From Candidatus Iainarchaeum sp. (GTDB lineage: Archaea > Iainarchaeota > Iainarchaeia > Iainarchaeales > VGJJ01), in assembly GCA_043803765.1 (NCBI GenBank), contig JAZDJQ010000012.1:66238-130237 (forward strand): a stretch of 64,000 bases of DNA, read 5' to 3'. Below, piece by piece: positions 20,132-30,128 of the stretch. The notes under the pieces are model-generated. The model saw nothing but the letters and a program-made list of their open reading frames with translations. It did no database searches and had not been told where the DNA came from. The stretch's first letter is position 1, and every line of letters begins with the position of its first letter. The position numbers and the translations under genes are program-made.

Positions 20132-21847
20132 TTATGGGGCGTCGAGGCACCCGCTCGTATCATACGTACACGTGCTATTATTGCAGGCGAGGATGCCGGA
20201 TACCTTTCCTTGTGTTTCGCATGTTCCTCCGAATAGATTATCAGAGTCGCACTCTTCTCCTGCATCCTGCACTCCGTTTCCGCAGGTGGGTTGCATTCCG
20301 TGGGTATTAGGTGGAGCGCATGCGGTTTTAGGACATACGCTGGCGCTTCCTGCTAAATCGGGTCCGAAAATGAATGTGCCAATTCCAACGTCTTCCAAAC
20401 AATAACTCACGCACACGCCGGGTGCTCCTTCTGTTTTGATGAACGTGTCCACGATTCGTACATCATATCGTAATGGTGCACGCGTATCAACAACAATGTA
20501 ATTCGTATTGCTTTCTTCGAACGTTAGTGTGACATTGGTTTCAACTAGTTTGGTGCATTTTGCTTCCGATTTGATTGGAACGCCTGCTAGTCCTTCGAAT
20601 TGAATTATTTTGGATGGAAAACTGGATACTTTTGGTTCAATGATTACGCTTCCTGTTAATAATTTGAAGTCGCTTGTTTCGGGCATGCTTAAATCCACGG
20701 TTACTTTTGTTCCGATGATATCTTTCACTAATTGGTTGAGTGCATTTGCTCGGCTGATAGCATCAAATGGATTGTAATAGGCAATACTGCTTCCTCCCGC
20801 GCACAATCCGAGTGAAGAAGCGATTCCATCGCACATGAGCGGGACGTTGTGCGGGTAGGCTGATTCCAGCATGGATAATCCTGATTCTTCTGCTGGGCAA
20901 AGGTTTCCTCCCGTGATAGGAGGAGAGGGTGGATCAGGTCCTACGGTTGTAGGAGATGCAGGAGTGAATGGTTTTGTTCGGTACGCGCAGTTTTCTACTG
21001 CTATTCCTCCGCTCGTGTCAACGGAATCGCACATTCCTACTCCTAATTTGTCAAGATTGGAATGAAAATCGGGGGATAATAATCCCGTGTTTCCGAGTGG
21101 TCCGTGTGCGATGTCGTGCGCGTAGCGTAGTGCGCGGAAAATGCGCAGTGGAACGTAGATGCGAAACTTTCCTCGTGGAATAACCGGTTCGACTAGTTCT
21201 CTTCCTGTTGAATTGTCATACACGTGTATCGCGGGAAGCGATTCATACGTAGTATCATCAATCATTGAAAAATCCAGATTTACATAGAATGTTCCCACAC
21301 ACTCAATGGGTGGTTTTTCTTCTGCACAGTTTACTACTTGCAGAAAATCCGACCCGGTTCCGCTTGTTTTCAGTAATACATCTTGGATGGCTGCTTTTAG
21401 TTGGGGTTCCGTTCCTCCTTTCACGGTAATTGTGTATCCGGATATTTGTTTGGGTTGGGATTGTACAATCACGTGCAGATTAGCTGCGATTCTTCCTGCT
21501 AATACGCTTCCGGTTGGTCCTCCGAAAAAGAATTTGGAGAAATCGTCTTTCACTTGCTGCCAGTCCAGTGTAGCGGACGAATAACGGTATGCGTTTCCTT
21601 CATTGCGCGTGTATTCTTCAATCGCATTTCGTATTCCATAGTTTACTACTTGTAATGCGTCTGCTCGTGTTAAGTCCGCTAAACTCTGCATTCGGGATTG
21701 TGCTTCTATTTCTAATACGACTTGGTTGGATGAGCGTTCCGCACTGATCATGGTATTCACGAGCAATCCGGCTAGTAGAATGAGGATGAAAGAAAGCAAT
21801 GCGGTGAAGAGAGTGAATGCTCTTTCATTTAGTTTTGGAGTAGTCAT
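20132..21847 (-). CDS. 571-aa protein with an N-terminal pilin-like hydrophobic helix (…NERAFTLFTALLSFILILLAG) and a C-terminal Cys-rich CGNGxxDxGEECD repeat. Sits between G3 and G2.
   Basis: Complete ORF. The N-terminal charged-then-hydrophobic segment resembles prepilin/pseudopilin anchors but lacks the canonical Gly. The C-terminus CGNGVQDAGEECDSDNLFGGTCETQG matches the myxo-type disulfide-rich repeat pattern. Confidence 0.7.
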   Translation of the reverse strand: MTTPKLNERAFTLFTALLSFILILLAGLLVNTMISAERSSNQVVLEIEAQSRMQSLADLTRADALQVVNYGIRNAIEEYTRNEGNAYRYSSATLDWQQVKDDFSKFFFGGPTGSVLAGRIAANLHVIVQSQPKQISGYTITVKGGTEPQLKAAIQDVLLKTSGTGSDFLQVVNCAEEKPPIECVGTFYVNLDFSMIDDTTYESLPAIHVYDNSTGRELVEPVIPRGKFRIYVPLRIFRALRYAHDIAHGPLGNTGLLSPDFHSNLDKLGVGMCDSVDTSGGIAVENCAYRTKPFTPASPTTVGPDPPSPPITGGNLCPAEESGLSMLESAYPHNVPLMCDGIASSLGLCAGGSSIAYYNPFDAISRANALNQLVKDIIGTKVTVDLSMPETSDFKLLTGSVIIEPKVSSFPSKIIQFEGLAGVPIKSEAKCTKLVETNVTLTFEESNTNYIVVDTRAPLRYDVRIVDTFIKTEGAPGVCVSYCLEDVGIGTFIFGPDLAGSASVCPKTACAPPNTHGMQPTCGNGVQDAGEECDSDNLFGGTCETQGKVSGILACNNSTCTYDTSGCLDAP

Positions 21848-21895
21848 CCTGCGTTCAACGAGAAGGGCCTTTTTCTATCTTTCTTTTATTGAATG

Positions 21896-24800
21896 CTATT
21901 TTGGACTGCAATCGTCCAACCACGCAGCAGCAGGAACCCGTTGATCAGGAGAAAGAATGTCAATGCTAATCTTCTCGCTCTTCCCTTCTCCTTCTCCCGG
22001 GCTTACAACGAATTTGTATGTGTGTCCTTTCTCGAATACGATGTTATTGCTCACGGGGTCGATGACGTTCACCGACTCCGCTCCGAGGGATATTTTGTTT
22101 TCTATTTCATCGGACAAGTCGCTTCGGTAGGCGGCGTATCCCGCGACGCCTCCAATTCCCCCGCATACTAATCCGCGTAGGAATCCTGTTGTTTTCTTGA
22201 CTGCTTTGGTTTGGATGAATTTTTCGGGAACGGTGATTTTTCCTGCTTTGTCTGCGGCTTCGGTAACCGCTTTTTTGATTGAGTTTTTGGCAACATCAAT
22301 AGGGCCCGTTCGGAGGAGGGTATTTTTTCCGTTTATTATGTTATTTTTCAGACCGTTTAAAGTTTCATCATATTCACTCGTAAGAATTCTGAGACTCGCT
22401 TGTGCTCTCTTCTCGAGTTGTTCGAATTCGGCCACATTAAAATTTGGGTTTGCCGAATATTTGGTCTTGAGATTGGCGAATCCATCCGCTATCTTTTGTT
22501 TTTCTGCATCGAATAATTCAATCTTATTGGCTAACTGTGTCCGAATAGGAGGATCGGGAGGAGCAGGAACTTTTATTTTTCCTACTTTAACCTGTTTAGA
22601 TGTCCATTTGCTTAGATACTCGTCCGCAACCTTCGTGTTGTTAACTATTTTTTTGGCAACGGATTCATCCACTTCCTTAAGAAATGCTAAATGAGCTTGA
22701 TCGATGGCTGCTTTGGGATCCACATACGTGAGTTTTTTGACAGGAATGGGGCTTTTGATCGCTTTGATTAAGTTAGTAGTTTCCGCTGCGAATAAAGAGG
22801 AATTAGCGGGTTCCATTTCCATGCTTTGGTCTAATGGGGATGTGGCAAAATCTCTTGGAACGCCATAAATGGTTTCAGTGGCATCCACAATATTTTCTAG
22901 TACTGGAATGCCGTCTGCTTTTTCCTTGTTCAATTCATAAAATCCTATTCCTGTTCCAACACCACAAGTAATTCCGCAATCAACTGCCGCCGCGGGAAGG
23001 GTTGTTCCTAATGTAAATACGGCTGCCACTCCATGGCATGCAAGGCATGATGCTATGCATGTTCCTCCAAACCATGCCATTGCTGCCTGTTGTTTCCCTT
23101 TGAATTTTTCCTGATATACCGGGTCGTCGCTTGCGAGTATTCCTTGTCCTTGATAGGCGAAGAATGCGTCTCCTGCCTTCTTTCCATTGGCTGCTTCGGT
23201 TACTGCTTGTTTGAGTGTTTTGCTGCTTACCGGGTCGTCCCAGTCGATGGTAGCGTACCATACTCCTGTTCCTTTTTCATACGCTTTAGCAAGAGCGTCA
23301 TCCGCGTCCATCGTGCAGGTGCGCAATTCAAATGTGAGAGGCCCCGCTTTGGTATTATCGAGTAACCGGGTGGCGCTTGTCTGGATGGTCATTTTGTTAG
23401 CAAGGTGTTGTGTTTCCGCGTTGGCGGTGGCGCATAATAGAATGTCTTTTTGGTATACTTGTTCTTTCGTGTCAAAGGGGAGTGCGTAGGGGCTTCCGAT
23501 GGTTAATTGGTCTCCGGGAATAGCACCATCGGTGTTGCTTCCTTTTTTCTCATACAAGTTGAGTGTGAGTAGTCCGGGCATGGGATCATTTCCATTGGGT
23601 TCGAGGGAATAGGTTGCTTCGCTTACTTCGGTTGACCTCGTTGATAGTTCACAGCATGTTGGATTGGGTCGCACGATTAGTCCGCCTTCTTTTGTTCCGG
23701 GTAATGCGCATCCTTCGAATGTGAATTTTCCTACATCCTTTACGGCGGAGATGCGCCATGTTTGTTCATCTTTTGTGATGCACCCGTTCACGTTTTTTCC
23801 TAGGCTTGTAATTATTTTTCCCGCTTCGATTACAGCTGCTTTTGGAATGTCGCTTCCGCTTCCCCTTATTGTGGTAATGATGCGTTTGGTTCCGTCCCCA
23901 TGCGTGGCAGGATCAAGTGTGAGTTCGACTACGCTTTGGGTTAGTTTTCCTATTTGTAGGTCCATTCGGTTGCTTCCCGTGTTTTGAATCGCCCTGTCTT
24001 TTGTTCCAAATACGGTTTCGGCGAGCCATTGAGCGGCCTCTTCTAATGCGATTGGATACTTGACTACTCCTAATAGTGTTTGTTTGTTGTTTAATGCAGT
24101 GAGTGACCTGTCTTTTGGTAGGAAGTTGGCCGCATTATATATTTTGTCTGCGCATTCGGCTGTTTTTTGTCTTGGGGAAATGAGTTTTACTGCCACGTTG
24201 ATTGCATCCGGTTGGAGTTGGTTTCCTACTACTTCCACGCTTCCGATAATAGCAATGCGGTATTTTCCGCATCCTTGTATTTCGGGTAAAAATATTTTAT
24301 TCCCGAGTGTTGTTCCGAGTCGTGCTTCGAATCCTGCGTCCGCGTCATCTCCTCCTAGTGAAGTGAGTGTTTCGGTTTGCATTCCGCTTAATCGGGGGTA
24401 TGTTCCATCTTTCATTACGAATTCGAGCAGATTGGGAGTAATTACGTCGTGTTGCAGGTACAAATCGATGGAGGAGGACTTTATTCCTAATTGTTCGAAT
24501 GTGCAATAGTGTTGGGTCAAATCACAATTTTTGAATAAGGATGCGTCGTTTTTCTTTGATTGTAGTTGCTGGGCGGCTTTGGCAATGTGTTGTTCGATGA
24601 GAGTGGATAGCATGTTGGCTGCTTGTTCCGCATCGCAGTAAGCCTGCGAGCATTCGTTTTTTTGGGCGAGTTGAGGAAATTTGATTTGGGCCATTCCTCC
24701 TTCACAGTAGGGTACTTCGATCGCGTTGGATGATTGAGTGCTTTCTAATTCGTTTTCTCCAAGGGCTATTTCAATATTGATGGGGTTTGATTCTACTGCC

Positions 24801-27800
24801 TTCTGGGACAAAATCATGATTCCTTTTACTCGAATGGGGAAAGTGGCCTTGTAGGGGTTGCTCTTGTTGAGAGTAATATTGAATTCTCTTTCTTCGTCCT
24901 TTTCGAGTGTGTCGGAGAACTCGACTGGAGTTATTCCGAGTGTGTTTCCGGATGCGTTGTCCGGATTTACTTGCGTGATGCGCACGGGTTCCAAACATTT
25001 GTTTGAAACCGTGATGCGCTTGGATAGTGTCCCTTGTATTTGGGAGGAAACAAAGCTTATTGGAGTGTTGAATGCGCTTACTTCCAGGCAGGAAGTAGCC
25101 CCTGTTTGAATGTACACGTCTACTGTTTTGAGTTGGATTCTTTTTCCGTCAACTACTCCAGTCAAAACGAGGCGTTGGGATCCTAATTCTGCTTTATCGG
25201 TAGTACTCTCACCGATGATGGCGAGCGGCGGATAAAGTGTTTGTCCGGGGGACAACGCACTGTCTTGGGAATAGTATCCTGTTTGGTAATATCCTCCTGC
25301 GTAGGTATCATTTCCGCTAGTAGATGTGGAAGAGGAATGATTGTTCTCCAGTTTGAGTGTAACCCCTTCTATTTTGTCTCCTTCGAGTGTTCCGCGTATA
25401 TCATAGATGAGCGATGCTCCGATGTTGGTGATGGGAACGCTGACTCGGTCGGTTGCTTTGGTGTTTCCTGCTTTTACCAAGTTGAGCGTCACGGAAAGCG
25501 GTGTTTGGAGTGATTTTGATTTGTCTTGGAATATAATATCGAGCGGCAGGCTTGCGGTTAGTTGCGGCGCCTTGAACATGAGAGCATAGTTTGCTTGTGC
25601 GGGAACAAATCCTGCGCGGAACAAACGATTCGATAGGGTAAAGTCCACTTGTCTTTCTTGTCCATTTCCTAGTCTCAGTTGCGAGTCGACGGCTGCGATT
25701 TTCAATCCATCTACTTCTAACTGTCCGCCTTGCGTGCTGATTCCGGGAATGAGAATGAGTTCTTCTCCGCAATTGTTTTTTGCCTTTACGCTTACTCGTT
25801 TGTTTTCCGCGTTCTGATAATATCCTTGATCGTCATACCCTAAGTTGTTGTATCCGTTGGATAAGTAATTATACTGGTTGGGAACAGCGTTATTTCCATA
25901 ATAGGAGGGTGTTGGATTGTAGGCTCCTCCCGTACCGTACATGTTTCCATAGGGTTGTGTTTCTCCTGACAATACGACGGATACGCGTTCCTTGTCAAAT
26001 GTTAGACAGGAGGAATCGAGTTGTTTGTTATACGTTGCTTCTAATTGTCCTTCCGTTTCCACGGGGAATGCGTCATTGATTTCTCCTCTTACTTTTAGTT
26101 TTCCCGCTCCTGACAGCACGGAAGTGTCTTCCGCATTCCCGGTATAGTGAGCGATTATTACCAAATCGCCTTTTCCATTGGCTGGAATAACGGGGATGAT
26201 TCCTACTTCAATGAGGATGTCTTTTGGGAATAAGTCATATTCAAGGAATTCTCCCGTAACATTCGTAACAGGTTGATTCGTTTTGTTCGTAAGAACAATG
26301 TTTTGGGTTGCCTGCATTTGCCCATAGGAAATGTGAATCGCGTTTTTCTCATTCATGGATAAGGGAGAATCGATTCCTACGTTGAGCGTGTCCTCAAAGT
26401 CAACAAATCCCGGTACTTTTACTTTTACGTGATAAAATCCGGGGGAAAGGGGTTTGTTGAATAGGTATTTTCCGCTTTCTCCCTTGTTGAGCGTGTTTTT
26501 TCCTTTGATGCTTCCAGCGAACTCTCCTGTTATACTAGTAAGCGTGATAAGTGCATCCGTAATAGGCGTTCCTTCTTCATCCGTGATGGTAAGTAAGAAT
26601 GATTCGTTTGGATTCACGTGGTCGGGCAGTGTAACGCGTAACAATTGTGCTTCTACGATGGGGAAAGGAATCGTTTGACTAAGTTGCGCGTTGTTTGAAA
26701 TGATTTGAAGAGTAATGCTCGCATCTCCCACTTCTTCCGTATAGAAATGAACCCTTGCTTGCGTTCCATTTGTTCCGCTCACCGCGGGAATGTTCACGCT
26801 AATGCTCGTGTCCTTGTTTCCATTGTTTTCTATCTTTCCAAATGTATTCACTTCGGTTTTAGTAAATACTATTAGCGGTTCGTCCGGGTCGGTTTGTGCT
26901 TTAATCACCGTTCCGTTGAGAGCGGGTTGTAGTTCCGTATTGGCAATAAGTCCTTCTTTTGGAATAGTAGAAGTAGAGAGTGATTGGCTTCCTTGTATGA
27001 GAGAGGGAAGCAGTGTTACTTGTAATGCGTAGGGTTTTTGTGCGACTGCTTGAAATGCCCCTGCATCAAATGAGCGGGCGTCCTCGTCGATGAGGGAGAT
27101 GACCGCACAAATTCCATTTTGGCAAAAAGGTTGTGCGTCAAACACGGGAACCCCCGTTGAGAGTGTTTCGGCATACAATCCTGATTTGGTTGAAACGAAT
27201 GAGCTTGTTCCTAATTCGGTATCGTTGGGCGTTCGAAATGTTTGAGTTACGTTGAGCGTAAAGGCACGGTAATGCAGTTCATATAATCCGGCAGGGCTTC
27301 CTTCCCTTGCACGCAGTCGTATATCAAATGTACTTGTTCCGGTAGGATTCATTCGTGTTATTTCAACCCATTTGGCTAGCGTGTTGGGACTAGCGACTGT
27401 TTTCCTGTCTTTTGCCTCATTCCCTGGTTTGGGAAGCGGTGTCCATGTTTTCCCATATGTAATAAATCCCGATTCCCCATTCACGCCGACTATTCCGACA
27501 TATTGCGAGTCCACGTTTCCCATCGTGTCAGGTCCTGTTCGGACAAGTAATCCTCCTTTGTTCATTCCGCTTGGCCATGCGACACTAAATCGGGCGAACA
27601 CGTCTTGTTCGGGGGATATTCCGGGTGCGGCTTCCCCGTTTGGAGTGAACAATCCCATGTAGGTAATCGTAGGTGCGTTTCCGCTTGCCGTCGCAACGTC
27701 ATCGAGTACCCATTCGAGTTGTGTTTTTCCTGCAATGGAAATGGTTTGGGTGAATGTTTTTCCGTCATCGCTCTCCGCGTGCATGTTAATCGTATCGTTG

Positions 27801-29500
27801 GGCGTGGTGCTTACAAATTCTATTATCCCGCTTGTTGTGTGTTCTTCTGCAAATGTGTTTCCGCCCGTGTCTTCGATGGTGATGGTTCCGATGAATGGGT
27901 TTCCATTAAGGTAGTGTGCATTTAGTGTTACTCCATGTAACCCGTCCGATAGCGTGAGGATAACTTTGTTGAGTCCCGGAATGATTTGGATTTGTTGTTC
28001 CGCTGATTCGTCTCCTTTTTCTGCTCGTACGCGGATTGTTTTTCCTGTTTGAATGCGCGATGTAAAACTCCCCGCGGCATCCGTTGGCTTTCCGCTCACA
28101 AGAGGAAGAAACTGTCCATCCACTTCTTCGTCGATTGAAACGCTCGCGGAGGGGGCGGCCGCTCCATTGGATTCGTTTACAAACACGGTTAGAATTCCCG
28201 CACTCCCGCTCGTGAATGGTGTTAAGTTGAGTGTCATGACTGCGGAATCGTCCTCGATTTGTAATTGGGTCCAGTCTACGCTTGCGCGTGTGGGGAAAAA
28301 GTTGGGGTGAAATCCCAGCAAATAATACGTGTTCACTTGATTCAGTCCGCCGAAAATAACTTCTCCTGAAAAGTTGCTTGTTTCATGGTCGATGCGTGCA
28401 TAGGATGCGTCCAGCACGTCTACATCTACTCCGTCTAATGGTTGAGTAGAATTCCCGTTCTGCGTAAGCACGACTAGATTGACTCCTCCATTCTGCAAGG
28501 GAATGAGCATTGTTTCTGTATCATTGCGCAGTGTTTTTCCTCCGGGATATATTGATTCGCTTGAAAAGGTAACGTAGTTTTCTTTCTTTACCGTTACCCG
28601 CACAACGTGACCTTTAGGCAACTGTTCAGCGTGTGTTCCCGTTCCAGTATCAACGTCCGTAATAATCTCATTTGTTTGGGCATTCTCAATTGTAATATGC
28701 ACATCGGACAAAGGAAATTGGGTCTTGGCATCCACTACTTTTATTTCCAATAAGCTGGGGCCGTTTGAAGCGCCGGCTTTGGGTGTCATTTCTTTTGTTT
28801 TAACATCTCCGCTTGTAAATGTAATGAAATCATGCAAATCTTCATAGTTGGTTGCCTTTATTGAGAGTGTAATTTCCTGGTTGAGCGGGACGTTTAACAA
28901 TGCAATTCCATCTCCTCCCGGATACGTTGTGAGTATGCTTCCTCCTCCGACCCATTCTGCTGTAATGGTTGCATCCTTGATTGTGGTTCCTGTTTCTCCA
29001 TCAATGAGCCGCAGTTTTCCCACAATGGCTTCATTGTCTCCTTTCAATAATAGTTTCAGGTTTTCCGTATCGGGATTGAAGTAGGATGTTTTTTCTCCAT
29101 ATCCTTGTTTGGTCGCCGTGATTTTCAATTCACTAGCAGGAAGAATTCCAGATAGGGTAATGGTTTGTCCATCCGATGCGGTCATTTCTTTGAGTAGTTT
29201 TCCATCCCCGTCATAGATGCGCACGGTTACATCACTTAATGAAAGTCCTTTTTCATCTTTCAATGAAAGTGTAAGCGAAACATCTTGTGATGAAATGGCA
29301 GTGGAGGCGAAAAATAGAATACTTAGTAGTAATATCAGCAATCCTGCCGTGAAGGGCATTGCAGGAACTCCTTTGGTTTCAAGAAAGTCATTGTATGCCC
29401 ATGGAAGTCCAATTCCTTTCTCTTCAAAGAAGTCGAGAATCCCATAATAGGCATCCTCTGCCTTCATGTAAAAATTCCCAAGCGTGTCGCTCAATCCCAT
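21896..29500 (-). CDS. Giant surface protein G3 (2534 aa).
   Basis: N-terminus MGLSDTLGNFYMKAEDAYYGILDFFEEKGIGLPWAYNDFLETKGVPAMPF plus TM, a more diverged copy of the motif. Long repetitive ectodomain with Ig-like repeats. A tatatata TATA-like box lies about 35 nt upstream. Confidence 0.9.
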   Translation of the reverse strand: MGLSDTLGNFYMKAEDAYYGILDFFEEKGIGLPWAYNDFLETKGVPAMPFTAGLLILLLSILFFASTAISSQDVSLTLSLKDEKGLSLSDVTVRIYDGDGKLLKEMTASDGQTITLSGILPASELKITATKQGYGEKTSYFNPDTENLKLLLKGDNEAIVGKLRLIDGETGTTIKDATITAEWVGGGSILTTYPGGDGIALLNVPLNQEITLSIKATNYEDLHDFITFTSGDVKTKEMTPKAGASNGPSLLEIKVVDAKTQFPLSDVHITIENAQTNEIITDVDTGTGTHAEQLPKGHVVRVTVKKENYVTFSSESIYPGGKTLRNDTETMLIPLQNGGVNLVVLTQNGNSTQPLDGVDVDVLDASYARIDHETSNFSGEVIFGGLNQVNTYYLLGFHPNFFPTRASVDWTQLQIEDDSAVMTLNLTPFTSGSAGILTVFVNESNGAAAPSASVSIDEEVDGQFLPLVSGKPTDAAGSFTSRIQTGKTIRVRAEKGDESAEQQIQIIPGLNKVILTLSDGLHGVTLNAHYLNGNPFIGTITIEDTGGNTFAEEHTTSGIIEFVSTTPNDTINMHAESDDGKTFTQTISIAGKTQLEWVLDDVATASGNAPTITYMGLFTPNGEAAPGISPEQDVFARFSVAWPSGMNKGGLLVRTGPDTMGNVDSQYVGIVGVNGESGFITYGKTWTPLPKPGNEAKDRKTVASPNTLAKWVEITRMNPTGTSTFDIRLRAREGSPAGLYELHYRAFTLNVTQTFRTPNDTELGTSSFVSTKSGLYAETLSTGVPVFDAQPFCQNGICAVISLIDEDARSFDAGAFQAVAQKPYALQVTLLPSLIQGSQSLSTSTIPKEGLIANTELQPALNGTVIKAQTDPDEPLIVFTKTEVNTFGKIENNGNKDTSISVNIPAVSGTNGTQARVHFYTEEVGDASITLQIISNNAQLSQTIPFPIVEAQLLRVTLPDHVNPNESFLLTITDEEGTPITDALITLTSITGEFAGSIKGKNTLNKGESGKYLFNKPLSPGFYHVKVKVPGFVDFEDTLNVGIDSPLSMNEKNAIHISYGQMQATQNIVLTNKTNQPVTNVTGEFLEYDLFPKDILIEVGIIPVIPANGKGDLVIIAHYTGNAEDTSVLSGAGKLKVRGEINDAFPVETEGQLEATYNKQLDSSCLTFDKERVSVVLSGETQPYGNMYGTGGAYNPTPSYYGNNAVPNQYNYLSNGYNNLGYDDQGYYQNAENKRVSVKAKNNCGEELILIPGISTQGGQLEVDGLKIAAVDSQLRLGNGQERQVDFTLSNRLFRAGFVPAQANYALMFKAPQLTASLPLDIIFQDKSKSLQTPLSVTLNLVKAGNTKATDRVSVPITNIGASLIYDIRGTLEGDKIEGVTLKLENNHSSSTSTSGNDTYAGGYYQTGYYSQDSALSPGQTLYPPLAIIGESTTDKAELGSQRLVLTGVVDGKRIQLKTVDVYIQTGATSCLEVSAFNTPISFVSSQIQGTLSKRITVSNKCLEPVRITQVNPDNASGNTLGITPVEFSDTLEKDEEREFNITLNKSNPYKATFPIRVKGIMILSQKAVESNPINIEIALGENELESTQSSNAIEVPYCEGGMAQIKFPQLAQKNECSQAYCDAEQAANMLSTLIEQHIAKAAQQLQSKKNDASLFKNCDLTQHYCTFEQLGIKSSSIDLYLQHDVITPNLLEFVMKDGTYPRLSGMQTETLTSLGGDDADAGFEARLGTTLGNKIFLPEIQGCGKYRIAIIGSVEVVGNQLQPDAINVAVKLISPRQKTAECADKIYNAANFLPKDRSLTALNNKQTLLGVVKYPIALEEAAQWLAETVFGTKDRAIQNTGSNRMDLQIGKLTQSVVELTLDPATHGDGTKRIITTIRGSGSDIPKAAVIEAGKIITSLGKNVNGCITKDEQTWRISAVKDVGKFTFEGCALPGTKEGGLIVRPNPTCCELSTRSTEVSEATYSLEPNGNDPMPGLLTLNLYEKKGSNTDGAIPGDQLTIGSPYALPFDTKEQVYQKDILLCATANAETQHLANKMTIQTSATRLLDNTKAGPLTFELRTCTMDADDALAKAYEKGTGVWYATIDWDDPVSSKTLKQAVTEAANGKKAGDAFFAYQGQGILASDDPVYQEKFKGKQQAAMAWFGGTCIASCLACHGVAAVFTLGTTLPAAAVDCGITCGVGTGIGFYELNKEKADGIPVLENIVDATETIYGVPRDFATSPLDQSMEMEPANSSLFAAETTNLIKAIKSPIPVKKLTYVDPKAAIDQAHLAFLKEVDESVAKKIVNNTKVADEYLSKWTSKQVKVGKIKVPAPPDPPIRTQLANKIELFDAEKQKIADGFANLKTKYSANPNFNVAEFEQLEKRAQASLRILTSEYDETLNGLKNNIINGKNTLLRTGPIDVAKNSIKKAVTEAADKAGKITVPEKFIQTKAVKKTTGFLRGLVCGGIGGVAGYAAYRSDLSDEIENKISLGAESVNVIDPVSNNIVFEKGHTYKFVVSPGEGEGKSEKISIDILSPDQRVPAAAWLDDCSPK

Positions 29501-29563
29501 ACCTTTTCCCTAATCAAACGCAGTTCTTGAGTATATATAAATGAAGGGTGTTTTCCGCAATAA

Positions 29564-30097
29564 CTAGACTAATTCCTGCGCATGAAGCCGCGTGATGATT
29601 TGATGCCGGTGTACCCATCCCGCGTATATCAGGGCAAACCCTGCAATGAGCAGGACGCGGAATAACACATCGTGCGTGAGCATGGCAAATGAAAGGGGAG
29701 TGTGTTCCAATTGGAGAATGGTAACCATCATGCGTGCTAAATTAAATCCATAGAGCAGGATGATTCCAATGATGATTCCTTTGATGCGCGCATACAACGA
29801 ATGTTTCTTCGTTGCCAGGATGGCGGTTCCAAGCAAAATGAATTCAATTAATCCCGTACATCGTGGGGAAATCTCAATATTTTTTCCATTCATCCAAAAT
29901 GAAATGGGATTGTTTCCATCGGTTGTTTGAATTCCTACTCGATTCAATAGTTCGCGCACATGTTCTGCTTCAATGATTTGCAAACGATATTCGTGTGGTG
30001 AAAAAAAAAGGAAGAAAATAGTAAATAATACTCCCCACCCTACAAGGAAAGTAATCAGTGTTTTTCTCCATTCGGTTGGGGAATGCAGGTTAACCAT
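29564..30097 (-). CDS. 177-aa polytopic membrane protein, candidate minimal exosortase/archaeosortase-family transpeptidase.
   Basis: About 5 TM helices. Cys80 sits in ISPRCTGL (compare the CSG active-site context). Arg122 is in GFNLAR and Arg164 follows, so the Cys-to-Arg spacing is +42/+84, similar to the ArtA catalytic triad spacing (+41/+80). Family assignment is from memory of motifs, not a search. Confidence 0.4.
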   Translation of the reverse strand: MVNLHSPTEWRKTLITFLVGWGVLFTIFFLFFSPHEYRLQIIEAEHVRELLNRVGIQTTDGNNPISFWMNGKNIEISPRCTGLIEFILLGTAILATKKHSLYARIKGIIIGIILLYGFNLARMMVTILQLEHTPLSFAMLTHDVLFRVLLIAGFALIYAGWVHRHQIITRLHAQELV

Positions 30098-30128
30098 TAT
30101 AAAGTAGCCCGGGTTCGCCTAATTAAAG

